Part shown: positions 49,193 to 59,980 of the stretch, one piece after another
Numbering within the stretch: the first letter of the stretch is position 1
Layout: the number at the start of each line of letters is the position of its first letter
Origin: Desulfatiglandales bacterium
GTDB taxonomy: Bacteria > Desulfobacterota > DSM-4660 > Desulfatiglandales > HGW-15
Reading direction: 5' to 3'
Assembly: GCA_963667015.2 (NCBI GenBank)
Contig: CAXXJJ010000001.1
Coordinates: 416,001 to 480,000 of the forward strand
Length of the DNA: 64,000 bases
The notes under the pieces: model-generated
Databases searched by the model: none
Told to the model about the DNA's origin: nothing
Seen by the model: the letters and a program-made list of their open reading frames with translations, nothing else
Made by a program: the position numbers and the translations under genes

Positions 49193-52100
49193 AAAGTGCG
49201 AAGAACAGGCTGCACAGTGTAATGATAATGGGGGCAACTCCTGCCGGAATCGCAGCCGCCAACAAGCTTGGAGAGCTCGGTGTTCCGGTTACACTTGTGG
49301 ATAAAGACTCTGACCTCAATGAAAAACTATCAGATGACAACTATCGTCTGGAATCCGGAGTAACATATAACTACGCAAACCGGCCAGGCCTGATAAGGAT
49401 CCTGCGGAATTCAAACATCCGCTGTATTCTGCCTGCAGAGGTTAACAGGATACGTCACAGCCAGCAGGGATTTAATGTCAAACTGGAAAGACCCCAAACC
49501 TATGTTGATCCGGAAAGGTGTACCCTCTGCGGTAAATGTATTGAAATATGTCCTGTAAAAAACGAAGACGGATCAGCTCCCATTCATATCAACAGCCGAT
49601 TGAGCCTGCCCGGCAGGGCCAGGATAGACAAACGCATGGAGCCTCTTTGTCAGGCAAGCTGTCCCCTCGGAGTAAACGCTCAGGGTTACATAGCCCTTGC
49701 AAAGGCCGGCAAATATAAGGAAGCCCTTGATATTATAAGGAATGACAATGTGCTTCCCGCCATATGCGGAAGGGTATGCACACACCCCTGCGAAGATGCC
49801 TGCCGCAGGGCCGAGGTGGATGATGCCCTTGCCATCAGGGATATAAAGAGGTTTGTTTCCGATGCTGCCTGTGACGAGAATGAAAAACTGCCGGAGCCAC
49901 AGGCCCCCCAAAGGGATGAAAAAGTAGCCGTAATAGGTTCCGGACCTGCCGGTATAGCTGCAGCCGCAGATCTTGCACGCCAGGGTTTTTCCGTAACAAT
50001 ATTTGAAAAGGAGAAAGAGGCCGGAGGTCTTCTGCGATACGGAATAGGTCCTCACAGGCTTCCGAGGAAGGTGCTGGACAGGGAACTGAAGGTATTGAAA
50101 TCGGAAGGCGTAAATATAGTAACTGGCCGCCATGTGCATATTCCACGCGATCTGGAAGAACTAAGGAAAAAATATAATGCAGTGCTTCTTGCAACGGGCT
50201 CATGGGCCGACCGCAAAATAGGTGCGCCGGGCGAAGAGCTCAAGGGTGTGTCGGGATGTATTTCATTCCTGGGAAAAATCTACAGAAATGAAAATCCTCC
50301 TCCGGGTAAAAAGGTTGCTGTTGTAGGAGACGGGAATGCGGCCTTTGACATGGCGCGAGTACTTAAACGCATGGGTTCCGATGTGACTATACTTTCATGG
50401 TTTAAAAAGGACAGCATTCCGGCAGACCCGCACGAGGTAAAAGGCGCTATTGAGGAAGGAGTAAATATAAAGGATGAGTGTCAGGTTATTGAGTTTCTGG
50501 GTGCAGACGGCAAACTCCAGGGCGTAAGGCTTAAACCCACTCAGCCCGGACCCGAGGATGAAAATGGTATAGCCTGGCCCAGGATAATACCGGGGAGCAA
50601 ATCCTTTGAAGAATCCTTTGACCAGGTATTTGTCGCAATCGGGCAGACAGGGGTCTATCAGAATATCCAGGCCGGAACAGACCTGAAGTTTACCGATTAC
50701 GGCTATATTGATATAGATAAAAACAATTCAACAGGAATGAAAAATGTATATGCCGCAGGTGATGCCGTTACCGGGGCAACATCGGTTGTAAAGGCCATGG
50801 CCAGCGGCAGATCCGCTGCGGCCAGGATGATGAAGTCCCTTGCAGGTATAACATCCCCCTGGAAAATTAAACCCGAAAGACCCGAAAGTGCGGATTACAG
50901 GCCGTTACCTGAGATACTGGAAAAGGATCCGAGGGAGGAGATGTCGGAAATTTCTCCTGCTGCAAGAGAGAATAATTTTGATGAAGTTTCCCTCGGCTTT
51001 ACAGAGGATCAACTGCTTCATGAGGCATCCCGCTGTCTTCAGTGCGGCCATTGCTCCCAGTGCCTTGAATGTATCACCGCATGTGCTGCCAACAATGCCA
51101 TCGTGCATGATGAAACAGTAAAAAGGATAACTGAAAACGCGGGTGTTTTGATTGTTGCAGATCCCTCAATGGCAAAGGATATAAAGGGTGAAGATGTTAT
51201 CCGGGCCTATGGACCCAGTTCGGCCAGAGGCGATGTTCATGCGATGATCCAGAGGGGGTTTGCCTCGGCCGCAAAGGCCCTGCTTCTACTCAGGGAGGCA
51301 TCTCCCAGGCATAAAGGCCATGGTACATCCTATATTCCCTTTGATACCGGATTGACCGATGAAATCAGGATAGGTGTTTTTGCCTGCAGGTGTAACGATT
51401 CATTCGGGTGGTCGGATAAAATGACAGGCTACCTTGACAGCCTTGTTGCAAAGCCGGAGATAGCCCATGCAGAGGCCCTTAATTCGGCCTGTATCCCCGA
51501 AGGCGTTACCAGGATTCTTGATGTTGTCCGCGAAAAAGCACTTACAAGGATTGTTCTGGCATCATGTGTGTGCTGCCCCCTGGACTATGTCTGCAGTGCG
51601 TGTACTGACCAGAGGAGCCGGCTTAAGGACGGTCTTTTTAACGGTACTGGAATCAGCCGCTCGATGGTTCAGACATGCAACCTGCGGGGAGAAGTATTAA
51701 GGTTGATGGAGCAGGATGAACATCTTGCAGTGGAATCCTTCAAGGGCCTTATTGACAGGAGCATAGGAAGATCCGGAAAGCTTTTTGCCTTTCCAGCACC
51801 TGTACGTAATTTTAACTTTACGACTGCTGTTATAGGCCAGACGGAAGCAGCCCTCATAAGCGCGGAAACACTGGCACAGCTCGGGTTTGAGGTCTATATG
51901 TTCGGGACAGAAAAACGCCCCTTAAAGAGTTGTCCAAAACATTCAAATATACACGGTTTTATAGGGTCCGAAGTAACTGCCATAAGCGGCACACTGGGTG
52001 AATTCAGCGTAAATGTAAGTACCGGAGATGTTGACAGAACTTTTACGGTAGGGAGCGTGATACTGGGTGAAAAATCACGTAACATCGCCCTGTATCACAC

Positions 52101-52566
52101 TCATGGTGACCTCCCTGGAAAGACAGTACAGTCCAAAATGCAGAAGGAACACGAGACGGATGTTCCTTTCTTAAATCCCGGATCAACTTCCATCTCAGGG
52201 CTTTACCTTGCTGACCCGCCGGGCATCCAGATATCGAAACATACACAGGGGTTGGCAGCGGCTACTCTTGCAGCGGTTGCAATACCCAGGGGGCCCCGCC
52301 AGTACAGGGGTTTTCTTGTAACAATAAACCAGGAGCTTTGCCGCAGTTGCGGACGCTGTCTGCAGGTATGCCCATATCAGGCAATATCACTTAAGCCCAA
52401 TGATGTGGGAGCCTATGTCGCAACAGTGGATTCAATGCTGTGCAAGGGATGCGGAAACTGTATTTCGGTTTGTCCCAGCAATGCTGCCGACAGCCCGTTC
52501 AGGGATCAGGCCTATCTGGAACAGACTCTTGAAGAACTGCTGCTGGATTACCGGCTTGATAATTAA
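49189..52566 (+). CDS. HdrL-like flavoprotein: degenerate HdrA scaffold with inserted GltD-type NAD(P)H oxidoreductase and ferredoxin domains
   Basis: CTLCGKCIEICP; CQASCP..CGRVCTHPCEDAC; VIGSGPAG; GGLLRYGI; AAGDAVTG; EASRCLQCG; HdrA-like IGVFACRC..VLASC; C-terminal 2x[4Fe-4S]. Confidence 0.82.
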   Translation: MKSAKNRLHSVMIMGATPAGIAAANKLGELGVPVTLVDKDSDLNEKLSDDNYRLESGVTYNYANRPGLIRILRNSNIRCILPAEVNRIRHSQQGFNVKLERPQTYVDPERCTLCGKCIEICPVKNEDGSAPIHINSRLSLPGRARIDKRMEPLCQASCPLGVNAQGYIALAKAGKYKEALDIIRNDNVLPAICGRVCTHPCEDACRRAEVDDALAIRDIKRFVSDAACDENEKLPEPQAPQRDEKVAVIGSGPAGIAAAADLARQGFSVTIFEKEKEAGGLLRYGIGPHRLPRKVLDRELKVLKSEGVNIVTGRHVHIPRDLEELRKKYNAVLLATGSWADRKIGAPGEELKGVSGCISFLGKIYRNENPPPGKKVAVVGDGNAAFDMARVLKRMGSDVTILSWFKKDSIPADPHEVKGAIEEGVNIKDECQVIEFLGADGKLQGVRLKPTQPGPEDENGIAWPRIIPGSKSFEESFDQVFVAIGQTGVYQNIQAGTDLKFTDYGYIDIDKNNSTGMKNVYAAGDAVTGATSVVKAMASGRSAAARMMKSLAGITSPWKIKPERPESADYRPLPEILEKDPREEMSEISPAARENNFDEVSLGFTEDQLLHEASRCLQCGHCSQCLECITACAANNAIVHDETVKRITENAGVLIVADPSMAKDIKGEDVIRAYGPSSARGDVHAMIQRGFASAAKALLLLREASPRHKGHGTSYIPFDTGLTDEIRIGVFACRCNDSFGWSDKMTGYLDSLVAKPEIAHAEALNSACIPEGVTRILDVVREKALTRIVLASCVCCPLDYVCSACTDQRSRLKDGLFNGTGISRSMVQTCNLRGEVLRLMEQDEHLAVESFKGLIDRSIGRSGKLFAFPAPVRNFNFTTAVIGQTEAALISAETLAQLGFEVYMFGTEKRPLKSCPKHSNIHGFIGSEVTAISGTLGEFSVNVSTGDVDRTFTVGSVILGEKSRNIALYHTHGDLPGKTVQSKMQKEHETDVPFLNPGSTSISGLYLADPPGIQISKHTQGLAAATLAAVAIPRGPRQYRGFLVTINQELCRSCGRCLQVCPYQAISLKPNDVGAYVATVDSMLCKGCGNCISVCPSNAADSPFRDQAYLEQTLEELLLDYRLDN

Positions 52567-52627
52567 TAATACCGGAAGAGGTTTACTCTGTAGAATCTTT
52601 TCCTGAACTTTTTCAATCGGAAAATAT

Positions 52628-54205
52628 ATGGAAGATTATAAAATAATTCTTTTTTGCTGTAACTGGGGTCCACATGCCGCCTTTTTAAACCTGCAGGACA
52701 GGCGCGCGGACATTCCCAATGAAATTAAAATGGTTCGAATACCCTGCAGCGGCAGAATAAGCAAGGCGCTGCTTTTTAAACCCTTTGAGATGGGTGCGGA
52801 CGGGGTTATCCTTCTGGGATGCGGTTCCGGAACTTGCCGGTACGGAAGCGGAACTGCAACTGCCCTGCAGAATACAACCGAGACCAGGGAAATAATTTCG
52901 CTGATCGGACTTGGCGAAAATAGACTTCGTCTTGAAAATTTTCTTCCTGATCAGGCAGATGAGCTTCTTGCCTTCCTCAAGGATTTTGTAGCCGAAATAA
53001 AAGAGATGGGAAAAAGCCCGATAGAGGTATCCGAAACCTTGTGGGAGGAAAACAAGGCCCCTGAAACGCCCGAAGAAATTATTGCAGCCCATGATGTGTA
53101 TTCATGTCAGGACTGCGGCAAATGTACATCTGCCTGTTCTCTGGCCCTGGCCGGTAAAGCATTCTCTCCCCGGGCTGTTGCCAGTGATATTATTGCAGGG
53201 CGGGCAGATACAAAGGCAGTCCGGGATTCAGTTAACGCATGCCTGACCTGCGGAGTCTGTTACGAACGCTGCCCATCGGCTGTAAATTTCCCGGAATTCA
53301 TCAAGGATATGCGTGCCTACTATCACAGGCGCAATATGACAAAGGAACCTTCCCACGGCGGGTTTTTCCAGAGCATGATGAGAGCAATGACCTCCGAAAA
53401 ACTTAAACCCCAGAGATGGACATATCTTTCGGATAAAATAAAAACAAGCAAGGACAGCAAGGTCCTCTTTTTTGGAGGATGTGCGGTATATTTTGATCTT
53501 TTTTTCGGGGAGTTTTTAAAGACCAAGACCAGAAGGATTTTAAGGGACAGTATACGTCTTTTAAATTTCTTTGATATCGAGCCCATGGTGCTTGATGATG
53601 AAAAGTGCTGCGGACATGACCTGTTATGGTCCGGAGACCGGGACAACTTTATAAAGCTTGCCCGTTTGAATGCAAAGGCCATTGAAGAGTCCGGGGTCGA
53701 GGAGGTTATAACTGCATGCCCTGAATGTTTCCATACACTTAAGAATGAATATGCAAAGTTTGGAATTGAGATCCCGGTAAAAATAACCCATATACACGAT
53801 TTCCTGGACAAGGAAATCAGTAAGGGCGCTGTGGGTTTCAAGCAGATGGATACAAAGGTGACATTTCAGGATTCATGCCGTCAGAGCAGGTTTAACGGCG
53901 ATGGCGATCTTCCCCGCAAGCTGATAAACAATTTTGCAACGGAGAACTCAGGAGAGATGCCCCCGTCGCTTTCCAACTGCTGCGGCAACAGCGCGTGGAC
54001 AGGCTGCGATGGTTTCAGCAAGGCAATGCAGGTGCAAAGGCTCAGGCAGGTCAAGGACACGGGAAGCGAGTTGCTTATAACCGCGTGTCCGAAATGTCAG
54101 ATCCACCTTCGCTGTGCCATGGAAGATGCCATGCGCGGCGATGAGCTCAAGATGGAGATGATGGATTTAACAACTGCGATGGCAAATACGATCTTTTGGG
54201 AATAA
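52628..54205 (+). CDS. MvhD-HdrC/HdrD-like fusion (2Fe-2S, 4Fe-4S and CCG domains)
   Basis: FCCNW..RIPCSGRI..GADGV..GC..C.YG; CQDCGKCTSAC; CLTCGVCYERCP; two CCG..ITACP motifs. Confidence 0.86.
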   Translation: MEDYKIILFCCNWGPHAAFLNLQDRRADIPNEIKMVRIPCSGRISKALLFKPFEMGADGVILLGCGSGTCRYGSGTATALQNTTETREIISLIGLGENRLRLENFLPDQADELLAFLKDFVAEIKEMGKSPIEVSETLWEENKAPETPEEIIAAHDVYSCQDCGKCTSACSLALAGKAFSPRAVASDIIAGRADTKAVRDSVNACLTCGVCYERCPSAVNFPEFIKDMRAYYHRRNMTKEPSHGGFFQSMMRAMTSEKLKPQRWTYLSDKIKTSKDSKVLFFGGCAVYFDLFFGEFLKTKTRRILRDSIRLLNFFDIEPMVLDDEKCCGHDLLWSGDRDNFIKLARLNAKAIEESGVEEVITACPECFHTLKNEYAKFGIEIPVKITHIHDFLDKEISKGAVGFKQMDTKVTFQDSCRQSRFNGDGDLPRKLINNFATENSGEMPPSLSNCCGNSAWTGCDGFSKAMQVQRLRQVKDTGSELLITACPKCQIHLRCAMEDAMRGDELKMEMMDLTTAMANTIFWE

Positions 54206-54311
54206 TTTTTTAAATCCAGACGCTGCCGGAAAATTAAATAGTGAGTAACTATCTCAGTTAAAGAGTATTAAATCCGGCGCAATGAAATAATAAATATAAC
54301 AGGAAATAAAA

Positions 54312-56750
54312 ATGAGTATGACAAAAAACAAAACGTCAGGCAAACATCCTGCCGGGGATTCAGCAGAAGAGATACGTACAGGTGTCTATGTATGTCACTG
54401 CGGGTTGAACATTGCCCAGAGTGTTGACTGTGAAGGGGTTGCGGAAAAGGCGTCGCATCTGCCCAATGTCTGCGTCTCAAAGGGCATCGGTTATGCCTGC
54501 AGCGAGCCGGGCCAGAAGGAGATCCGAAAGGATATTGAAGAAAACAATCTTAACAGGGTTGTTGTTGCATCCTGTTCTCCAAGGCTTCATGAACCTACCT
54601 TCAGGCAGATGCTGCAGGATGCGGGGCTTAACCCCTATCTCCTTGAAATGGCAAATCTGCGTGAACAGTGCAGCTGGGTTCATATGCACGAAAAGGAAGC
54701 TGCAACAGACAAGGCCTATGATCTTGTTAAGATGGCTGTTTCCAGAGTAGCCCAAAATGAGGCACTTACAGAGGACAAGCTGCCCATGACCCAGAGGGCT
54801 ATGGTAATCGGCGGAGGTGCTGCCGGCATACAGACCGCCCTTGATCTGGCGGATAATGGAATAGAGGTGGTCCTGGTGGAAAAACGGCCGTCCATAGGGG
54901 GTGTAATGGCCCAGCTGGACAAGACGTTTCCCACAATGGACTGTTCCATTTGAATACTCGGTCCTAAAATGACGGATGCCGGTCGGCATCCAAACATAAC
55001 GATACACACGCTGAGCGAGGTTGCGGACGTTAAGGGTTATGTCGGCAACTTTGATGTAAAGATAGTTAAAAAGGCCCGCTATGTGGATGAAAAGGAGTGC
55101 ACGGCCTGCGGTGATTGTGCAAAGGTATGCCCTGTGGTGCGGCCCGATGAGTTCAATATGGGGCTTTCATCAAGAAAGGCCATATATTCTCCCTTTCCAC
55201 AGGCAGTCCCGTCAGCCTATGTGCTGAATCCCAATGAGTGCCTCGGTAACAATCCGACGGTGTGTAACAAGTGTTTTGAGGCATGTGAGAAAAAATGCAT
55301 CGATTTTCACATGTCCGATGAAACCATAACCGAGCGTGTGGGGACTATTATTGTCGCAACAGGGCTTGAACCCTATGATCCCACGGCAATGGACGAGTAT
55401 GGATATACAAGGTTTGAAAATGTCCTTACAAGCCTTGAGTTTGAAAGGCTGGTTAACGCCGGAGGTCCCACACAGGGTAAGCTGTTAAGGCCTACTGACC
55501 GTAAAAAACCAAAATCAATCGGTTTTATTCAGTGCGTGGGCTCACGTTCTGCGCGCCGCGGGAAATCATATTGCTCAAATATCTGCTGCATGAACACAAT
55601 AAAAAGTTCGCTGGTATTAAAAGAGCACTATCCTGACATGGATGTTAAGGTCTTTTATATTGATATAAGGGCCTTTGGAAAGGGCTTTGAAGATCTTTAT
55701 ACCAGGAGCAGACGTGCCGGCACTCAATATATTAGAGGCCTTCCCGGAAACGTAGAGGAACTGCCTGATGGCAGCCTGAGGGTGGCTGTTGAAAATACTG
55801 CCACCGGAATGCTTGAATATCATGAACTGGATATGCTGGTTCTGGCCATAGGTGTGGAGCCTGCTCCTTCAACACAGAGACTCCAGGAGATGCTTGGTCT
55901 TCAGCTTACATCGGATGGCTTTTATCTTGAGGCTCACCCTAAACTTCAGCCGGTTGATGCTGCAACAAGGGGTGTCTTTTACGCCGGCTGTGCCGAAGGG
56001 CCGAAGGATATCAAGGAAAGCGTCACTCAGGCCTCTGCTGCGGCAGCACGGTCACTGCGCCTTATGCAGAAGAGCGAAATTTCTGCCGAGGCAATTACCT
56101 CGGAGGTAGACCCAGATCTGTGTAAATCCTGCGGTATATGTGCAGAGGTTTGCCCATATAATGCCATCACTGTAGATAAAAAGAAAAAACTGCCCGCGCA
56201 TGTGGCAACAGCCGCATGTGCCGGCTGTGGTACCTGCGCTGCAGAATGTCCCTTTGGCGCGATTACAATGCATCATTTCACAGATGGCCAGATTGTGGGT
56301 CAGATAGATGCCATGCTGGAAGAAAAACCCGAGGACAAAATCCTTACCTTTGCCTGCAACTGGTGCTCATATGCCGGCGCTGATTATGCAGGTGTATCAA
56401 GGATACAGTATCCTCCAAACGCAAGGCTCATTAGAACCATGTGTTCGGGCAGGGTGGATGACAGTTTTATATGGGAAGGATTTAAAAACGGCGCACCCGT
56501 AATTCTGGTAAGCGGATGTCATATAGGTGACTGTCACTACATAGATGCCAACCATTGGACGGAAAAGCGGGTTGAAAAGGTCCGTAAAAAAATGGAAAAA
56601 CTGGGAATTAGACCGGAAAGGCTTCAGCTGGAGTGGATAAGTGCTGCAGAGGGCGTGCGGTTTGCCGAGGTCATGACAAAGATGGAAGAATTAAGGAAAA
56701 GTGTTTCAAGACAGGAGATTGCAGAGACAATAGCTATCCTTGAAAAATAA
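54312..56750 (+). CDS. hdrA: Selenocysteine-containing heterodisulfide reductase subunit A with C-terminal MvhD domain (812 aa)
   Basis: The 213-aa and 593-aa ORFs are in one frame; TGA 54951-53 sits in DKTFPTMDCSI-U-ILGPKM at a conserved Cys position; SECIS hairpin follows; C-terminal FACNWCSYAGAD..MCSGRV..GDCHY. Confidence 0.93.
54974..54991 (+). promoter_or_regulatory. Bacterial SECIS element
   Basis: GGATGCC-GGTC-GGCATCC perfect hairpin starting 20 nt after the in-frame UGA. Confidence 0.85.
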
Positions 56751-56763
56751 TTCCTGATAAAAC

Positions 56764-56958
56764 ATGACCCGTAGACAGATAATAAAAAGACTGCACGATG
56801 ACGGATGGCAGGTTCATCATACAAAGGGTGATCATCAACAATTCAAACATCCTGTGAAGCCGGGAAAAGTAACTGTTCCCCATCCCCGGAATGATATCGC
56901 TTTAGGGACACTGCACAGCATATTCAGACAGGCGGGATGGGTATGGGGGCAATCATGA
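56764..56958 (+). CDS. hicA: HicA toxin
   Basis: IIKRLHDDGW..KGDHQQFKHPVKPGKVTVPHP..GTLHSIFRQAG. Confidence 0.93.
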   Translation: MTRRQIIKRLHDDGWQVHHTKGDHQQFKHPVKPGKVTVPHPRNDIALGTLHSIFRQAGWVWGQS

Positions 56959-57212
56959 AATATCCCATTGCAATACATAAAGATGCGGATTCCGATTACA
57001 GTGTCGCAATTCCTGATCTTCCGGGATGTTTTTCTGCCGGTGCCACAATGGATGAGGCAATAGAAATGGCAAGGGAGGCTGCGGAATGCCATATCGAAGG
57101 ACTGTTAATTGATTGCGAGCCTGTCCCCGAGCCGTCGGAAATTGAAGAGCTTAAGGCAAATCCGGATTTTCAGAATGCTGTATGGGCTGCGGTTGAAATA
57201 GATATATGTTAG
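56955..57212 (+). CDS. hicB: HicB antitoxin (short, no intact DNA-binding domain)
   Basis: MKYPIAIHKD..PDLPGCFSAGATMDEA..EAAECHIE; ATG overlaps the hicA stop (ATGA). Confidence 0.9.
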   Translation: MKYPIAIHKDADSDYSVAIPDLPGCFSAGATMDEAIEMAREAAECHIEGLLIDCEPVPEPSEIEELKANPDFQNAVWAAVEIDIC

Positions 57213-57497
57213 CTCCGCTCTAATTCCAAGACTATGAATTTTTTAATTTCTTAAACCTTACCCATACTCCCTATATGGTAAAGATATCCCAACTTTTACC
57301 TTCTTTTAAAAATTTTGGATACATAGCAGATATATGCAATTTTTATATAAATCACTTAAGCGAAAAGGAATTCAATCCCATTGAACTGTTTTATAGATTT
57401 AACTATGAACATTGCGCCTGCCTTTTTAAATATCTATTCTAAAAAAGCCCATAAAAACAATATTATATAAATATAATTAAAAAAATGTATTTTTTTA

Positions 57498-57546
57498 TTG
57501 ACATTGTTTACACGTGTAAATATTATAGTGTTTACGATCGTAAACA
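57498..57546 (+). promoter_or_regulatory. sigma70 promoter with two BlaI/MecI/CopY-type operators
   Basis: TTGACA-17-TATTAT; palindromes TTTACACGTGTAAA (57507-20, matches TACAnnTGTA) and TGTTTACGATCGTAAACA (57529-46). Confidence 0.85.
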
Positions 57547-57563
57547 AATGAAAAGGAAATCAA

Positions 57564-57944
57564 ATGGAAAAATTGCCGGAGATATCAGAGGCTGAACATC
57601 AGGTTATGAAAATTATTTGGAGAGATAATCCTATTACCGGTACTGAGATTATCAATGAATTGATGAAAATAACAGACTGGAAACCAAACACTATCAAAAC
57701 ATTCATAAACAGGTTGTTGAACAAAGGTGCCATCGGATATGAGAAATCCGGAAGAGGGTACAGTTACTATCCTGTTATAGAAGAAAAAGATTTTGTTAAG
57801 ACCGAAAGCCGTTTATTTTTAAATCGTATCTTTAACGGATCACTAAGGCCAATGCTCGCAACGATGGTTGAAAATGAAGACTTATCCCTTGGTGATATTG
57901 AATACCTGAAACAACGAATACTTGCGAAGGAAAAAGAGGAATAA
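57564..57944 (+). CDS. blaI: BlaI/MecI/CopY-family repressor
   Basis: ISEAEHQVMKIIW..WKPNTIKTFINRLLNKG..YYP..FNGS. Confidence 0.93.
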   Translation: MEKLPEISEAEHQVMKIIWRDNPITGTEIINELMKITDWKPNTIKTFINRLLNKGAIGYEKSGRGYSYYPVIEEKDFVKTESRLFLNRIFNGSLRPMLATMVENEDLSLGDIEYLKQRILAKEKEE

Positions 57945-57946
57945 GC

Positions 57947-59980
57947 ATGGAACAATTGTCCTTTCAAAGCTCAGGTGTGCTTAGCTGGCTTTTTGAGTCA
58001 ACCATATACATAAGCATATTGATCTGCCTCATATTCATCATAAAGGTCGTTTTTAAGAAAAAGTTGCCTGCATGGTGGAGTTACTGCCTGTGGCTTCTCC
58101 TGCTTGTCAGGATGTTGATACCCTTTGGAGTTGAGACGCCGGTAAGTGTTTATAACTATGTTCCTGCCGTGTCTTCGAACAGTTCCTATATGCCCTACCT
58201 GGTGCAGCATAAAATAAATACTACTTCTATTCAGTATGCCCCTGAGGTTCCAACTGATTTTTCATTCGATGCTGTTCCTGCTCAGTCTGGTTTCTCAGAC
58301 GGACCGATCAATGAGCAGCATGATGCCCATGAAAGTGCTTCAACTGTAATAGACACATTATCCGGCCTTAATTTATCATTTGAGGGTGCATTGTTCCTCT
58401 TATGGATTACAGGTGTTCTGGCTTTCGGTATTGCGGCTGTATATAAAAATTGTAAGTTCTGGCTGATTGTAAGACGGGAGCAACCGGTAACAGATAAAGA
58501 TGTTTTTGATCTCTTTAATGAGTGCAGGTCAACACTCGGGTTACAAAAGAATGTGGAAATAATTGTAACCGAAAGTGTGAAAAGCCCGGCTATTTTTGGC
58601 TATTTCAGACCTCAATTACTGCTCCCGGCCAATTTTTTAAACACCCTTAAAAAAGATGACCTGTACTGTGTTTTTCTGCATGAACTTGGGCATGTAAAGC
58701 GTCATGACATCGGTGTTTCCTGGCTTGCGACCCTGTTTCAGGTTGTTTACTGGTTTAATCCCCTTGTCTGGTACGCGTTTCATTACCTGAGGGCTGATCA
58801 GGAAGCAGCCTGTGATGCCTATGTGCTGTCAAAAATAAAACAGTCCCGGCCGACCGATTATGCAAGGACAATAGTCCATCTGCTGGAGCGCTTTGTTCAG
58901 AACCGTCAGTTGCCTTCTCTCGCTGGAATAATAGAAAACAGATCACAGATAGACAGGAGAATCAGCATGATACTTGAATATAAAAGGCTTTCCATAAAAA
59001 CGACCATTGCTTCTGTTTTTATGCTTTTAATAGTTGCCTGTGTTTTCTTCGCCTGTTCAAACGGACTAGCGGCAAATAAACCAGACGGACCGGCAGCAGA
59101 CAAACCAGACAGATCGGTACAAGACAATTCAGCAGAACTATTAGAAGGCAAACCGATTAAACTGGCAGCAAACAAACCCGCAGGGGATGACTTTAAGAAA
59201 GGACTTAGCCTCAAATATGATTTCAAGAACAATAAAAGTCTTAATTACAGGAGAACTTCAGAGTCAACACTTTTCATGCTGGTACCAGGGCAAACTGCTA
59301 AATTCCTGATGAAAGACCGTGCAGACTATGTGATTAAGGGAAACGGAACTGATGAGAAGGGCAACCTCATAACCCGGGTTACTATAAATGACTGGGATTT
59401 TAGTATTGATAATCCTCAGGTGCATCTTTATCCTGACACATCAAGGGTTGAGGGTAAAAATTTTAATGTAATATATTCCCCTGAAGGAAAAGAAATTGAG
59501 AATTTGGAAATTGATGATCTGCCTGATGTAAGTATGGGCATGATAAGCTCGGCACCACTGATCCCAAAAAGATTCTTTTCCGACCTGCTGCCTGAATTAC
59601 CTGATGATAATGTTAAAATAGGTGATACATGGACTCTGGAAGACGTGAAAAGGTGGTCTGCTGATCAGTTAAAATTTAATACCAAGGCGGAATCGATTAA
59701 TACCTTCGATGGATTTGAGACTGTACAGGGTATGGAATGTGTCAGAATTAAAAGCCAGGTAGTAGGAGGTGGCTTCCATGGAACAGGTAAACTGGAAGGG
59801 AAGGATTTTAGAGCAACTAGCGGAGACTCAGATACTACAATGACATGGTATTTTGCCTATAAGAAGGGAATATTTGTCAAATCAATAATGGAAAGTATCG
59901 GAACCATGGAGGTTACTCATGGCCCTCTGGAGGCGCCGTTAATGAGTAAGGCAAAGACAACTGTCGAGCTTGTACAGTAG
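57947..59980 (+). CDS. BlaR1-type peptidase M56 signal transducer with non-penicillin-binding C-terminal domain
   Basis: YCLWLLLLVR, SPAIFG, HELGHVKRHD, WFNPLVW, DQEAACD; beta-rich C-terminal domain with no penicillin-binding motif set recognised. Confidence 0.9.
   Translation: MEQLSFQSSGVLSWLFESTIYISILICLIFIIKVVFKKKLPAWWSYCLWLLLLVRMLIPFGVETPVSVYNYVPAVSSNSSYMPYLVQHKINTTSIQYAPEVPTDFSFDAVPAQSGFSDGPINEQHDAHESASTVIDTLSGLNLSFEGALFLLWITGVLAFGIAAVYKNCKFWLIVRREQPVTDKDVFDLFNECRSTLGLQKNVEIIVTESVKSPAIFGYFRPQLLLPANFLNTLKKDDLYCVFLHELGHVKRHDIGVSWLATLFQVVYWFNPLVWYAFHYLRADQEAACDAYVLSKIKQSRPTDYARTIVHLLERFVQNRQLPSLAGIIENRSQIDRRISMILEYKRLSIKTTIASVFMLLIVACVFFACSNGLAANKPDGPAADKPDRSVQDNSAELLEGKPIKLAANKPAGDDFKKGLSLKYDFKNNKSLNYRRTSESTLFMLVPGQTAKFLMKDRADYVIKGNGTDEKGNLITRVTINDWDFSIDNPQVHLYPDTSRVEGKNFNVIYSPEGKEIENLEIDDLPDVSMGMISSAPLIPKRFFSDLLPELPDDNVKIGDTWTLEDVKRWSADQLKFNTKAESINTFDGFETVQGMECVRIKSQVVGGGFHGTGKLEGKDFRATSGDSDTTMTWYFAYKKGIFVKSIMESIGTMEVTHGPLEAPLMSKAKTTVELVQ

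Noticed and set aside
54312..54953. hdrA pseudogene or split gene
   Set aside because: In-frame UGA at a Cys position plus SECIS indicates selenocysteine.
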